From: a virus
Lineage: Duplodnaviria > Caudoviricetes
Virus record (IMG/VR): IMGVR_UViG_3300037478_000223
Location: 1 to 64,000 of that record
Length of the DNA stretch: 64,000 bases
Reading direction: 5' to 3' (one strand)
The notes under the pieces are model-generated. The model did not search any database and had not been told where the DNA came from. It was given only the letters and a program-made list of their open reading frames with translations. This document shows positions 62,799 to 64,000 of the stretch, piece after piece; within the stretch, counting starts at the first letter, position 1; the number at the start of each line of letters is the position of its first letter. A program made the position numbers and the translations under genes.

Positions 62799-63407
62799 AT
62801 GAAGAACATCACCCTCACCGAGGCCCAGAAGACGGCCCTGCGAGCGGTCTCCGCGACCAACTTCCAGACGTCCCGCATCATCGGCGCGAACCCGTCCGCC
62901 CTGCGAGCCCTGGCCCGGAAGGGACTCGTTGAGGGCAAGTGGGCAGAGGGCTCCATCCGCCGTGACGGCACCTGGTCCTACCGGATCACCGGCAGGGGAG
63001 TCGCGGCACTGCACAAGCTGAACCGTGAGAAGTACAATGAGCCCCGTCCCATCACCGCCATCCCCTCGGGACACGACCGTCACGGTAACCAGCTCGCCCG
63101 CCGTACCTACGTGATCGACCGCAGGCCCGAGCCGTTCGGCAACGGGAACTCGCGGATCTTCTTCGAGCACAAGTCTCGCCTGGACGGCATGGATCACTTC
63201 ATCCCGCATGTGGTGGTCACGGACTCGATCGAGTTCGAGCCGAAGCCCACGGCGAGCAACCTGGCCATCGGTCAGCGCGTCGTGATCACCTACGCCGATG
63301 ATGAAACGTTCCACGGCGAGGTCTACGAGATCGGCCACGACGCCATCACTGTCACCAACGGCAAGGCGTCCCGGCAGGCATGGCCTGACCAGGTCAGCCC
63401 AGCCTGA
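62799..63407 (+). CDS. cassette protein with wHTH-like N-terminus and SH3-like C-terminus
   Basis: LTEAQKTALRA...SALRALARKGLV...YRITGRG; IGQRVVITY..GEV..I...ITV. Confidence 0.55.
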   Translation: MKNITLTEAQKTALRAVSATNFQTSRIIGANPSALRALARKGLVEGKWAEGSIRRDGTWSYRITGRGVAALHKLNREKYNEPRPITAIPSGHDRHGNQLARRTYVIDRRPEPFGNGNSRIFFEHKSRLDGMDHFIPHVVVTDSIEFEPKPTASNLAIGQRVVITYADDETFHGEVYEIGHDAITVTNGKASRQAWPDQVSPA

Positions 63408-63547
63408 CGGAGGCACGAGGAAGCCCCCACGCTCACCAGGCGCGTGGGGGCTTCCTCTATGGGGCGCGCGGGCCCACCTGCGGCAGAGGTCCCGTGCGCC
63501 CACGATCCTACGATCTTCCATGCCCTGACGCTCGCGGACAACGCACC

Positions 63548-63588
63548 GCAACACTCATGTTGCACATTGCGTCTGATGCGTGTAACGT
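63548..63588 (+). promoter_or_regulatory. operator-promoter unit
   Basis: GCAAC-ACTCAT-GTTGC; TTGCAC-N17-TAACGT. Confidence 0.9.
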
Positions 63589-63644
63589 AGTGCTCACGAG
63601 GTCAGGGAAACAGTCCCCAACCCGAACAGACCAGGAGGTCACCC

Positions 63645-64000
63645 GTGACCATCACGACCGGCTCCACCCACCTCATCGGCCCCAAGACCGCCACGGACCG
63701 CCTCTACCGCGTGACCGACGTCGAAGAGCGGCGCCCCTTCGGCGTCAAGCGGTACACGGCCGTCACGATCGTCCGCATCACCGATGACACCACATGGCAG
63801 GTGTACGTGAAGCCCGATGCGAAGCGGATCCCCTGGAACGCGCGCCTGATGAGCGTGACCACCAACGACGACCGACTCAAGGCGATCGAGACCGCGAAGG
63901 CCGAGAACCGCGCCGCGAAGTTCGACAAGCTCACCGACATCCTTGCCGGTACCGCCGAACAGGAGTTGCACGCCAGCTACCAGGAGGACATGCAGCCCGT
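63645..64000 (+). CDS. cassette protein, truncated by window end
   Basis: AGGAGG RBS + GTG; open to 64000. Confidence 0.65.
   Translation, partial: MTITTGSTHLIGPKTATDRLYRVTDVEERRPFGVKRYTAVTIVRITDDTTWQVYVKPDAKRIPWNARLMSVTTNDDRLKAIETAKAENRAAKFDKLTDILAGTAEQELHASYQEDMQP

Noticed and set aside
354-63588. Units as integron attC sites or as LexA SOS boxes
   Set aside because: No tyrosine recombinase and no attC structure; the actinobacterial SOS box is TCGAAC-N4-GTTCGA, which differs in sequence and spacing.

Overview
A GC-rich (roughly two-thirds G+C, by eye) actinobacteriophage-like replicon, apparently a large part of one siphovirus or phage-plasmid genome; no host housekeeping genes are visible. 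The virion genes resemble the mycobacteriophage cluster B/Rosebush-Patience type but are split. Portal(+MuF-like), protease and a glycosyltransferase lie on + at 5.5-9.7 kb, while capsid hexamer/pentamer, tail, tape measure and tail-tip genes run on - from 35.6 to 21.9 kb. Between them sits a Streptomyces-plasmid-like transfer region: a TraB/FtsK translocase, a small HTH repressor and divergent small membrane genes, followed by an M15-type endolysin. Also present are an HTH replication initiator with three palindromic iterons, a helicase-loader-like gene, YqaJ/ERF recombination genes, WhiB, RusA, ParB-like, HIT and Arr-like ADP-ribosyltransferase genes, a pyruvyltransferase and tRNA-Tyr. Two non-coding signals stand out. 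First, about 22 dispersed 41-bp units in which a GCAAC-N6-GTTGC palindrome overlaps the -35 of a TTGCNN-N17-TANNNT promoter, mostly driving small-gene cassettes. Second, a 51.1-54.4 kb tract saturated with TGCA around an SpdB-like membrane/HTH gene. No terminase, integrase, DNA polymerase or ParA is recognisable in the window. All family calls are from motif recognition, not database searches.
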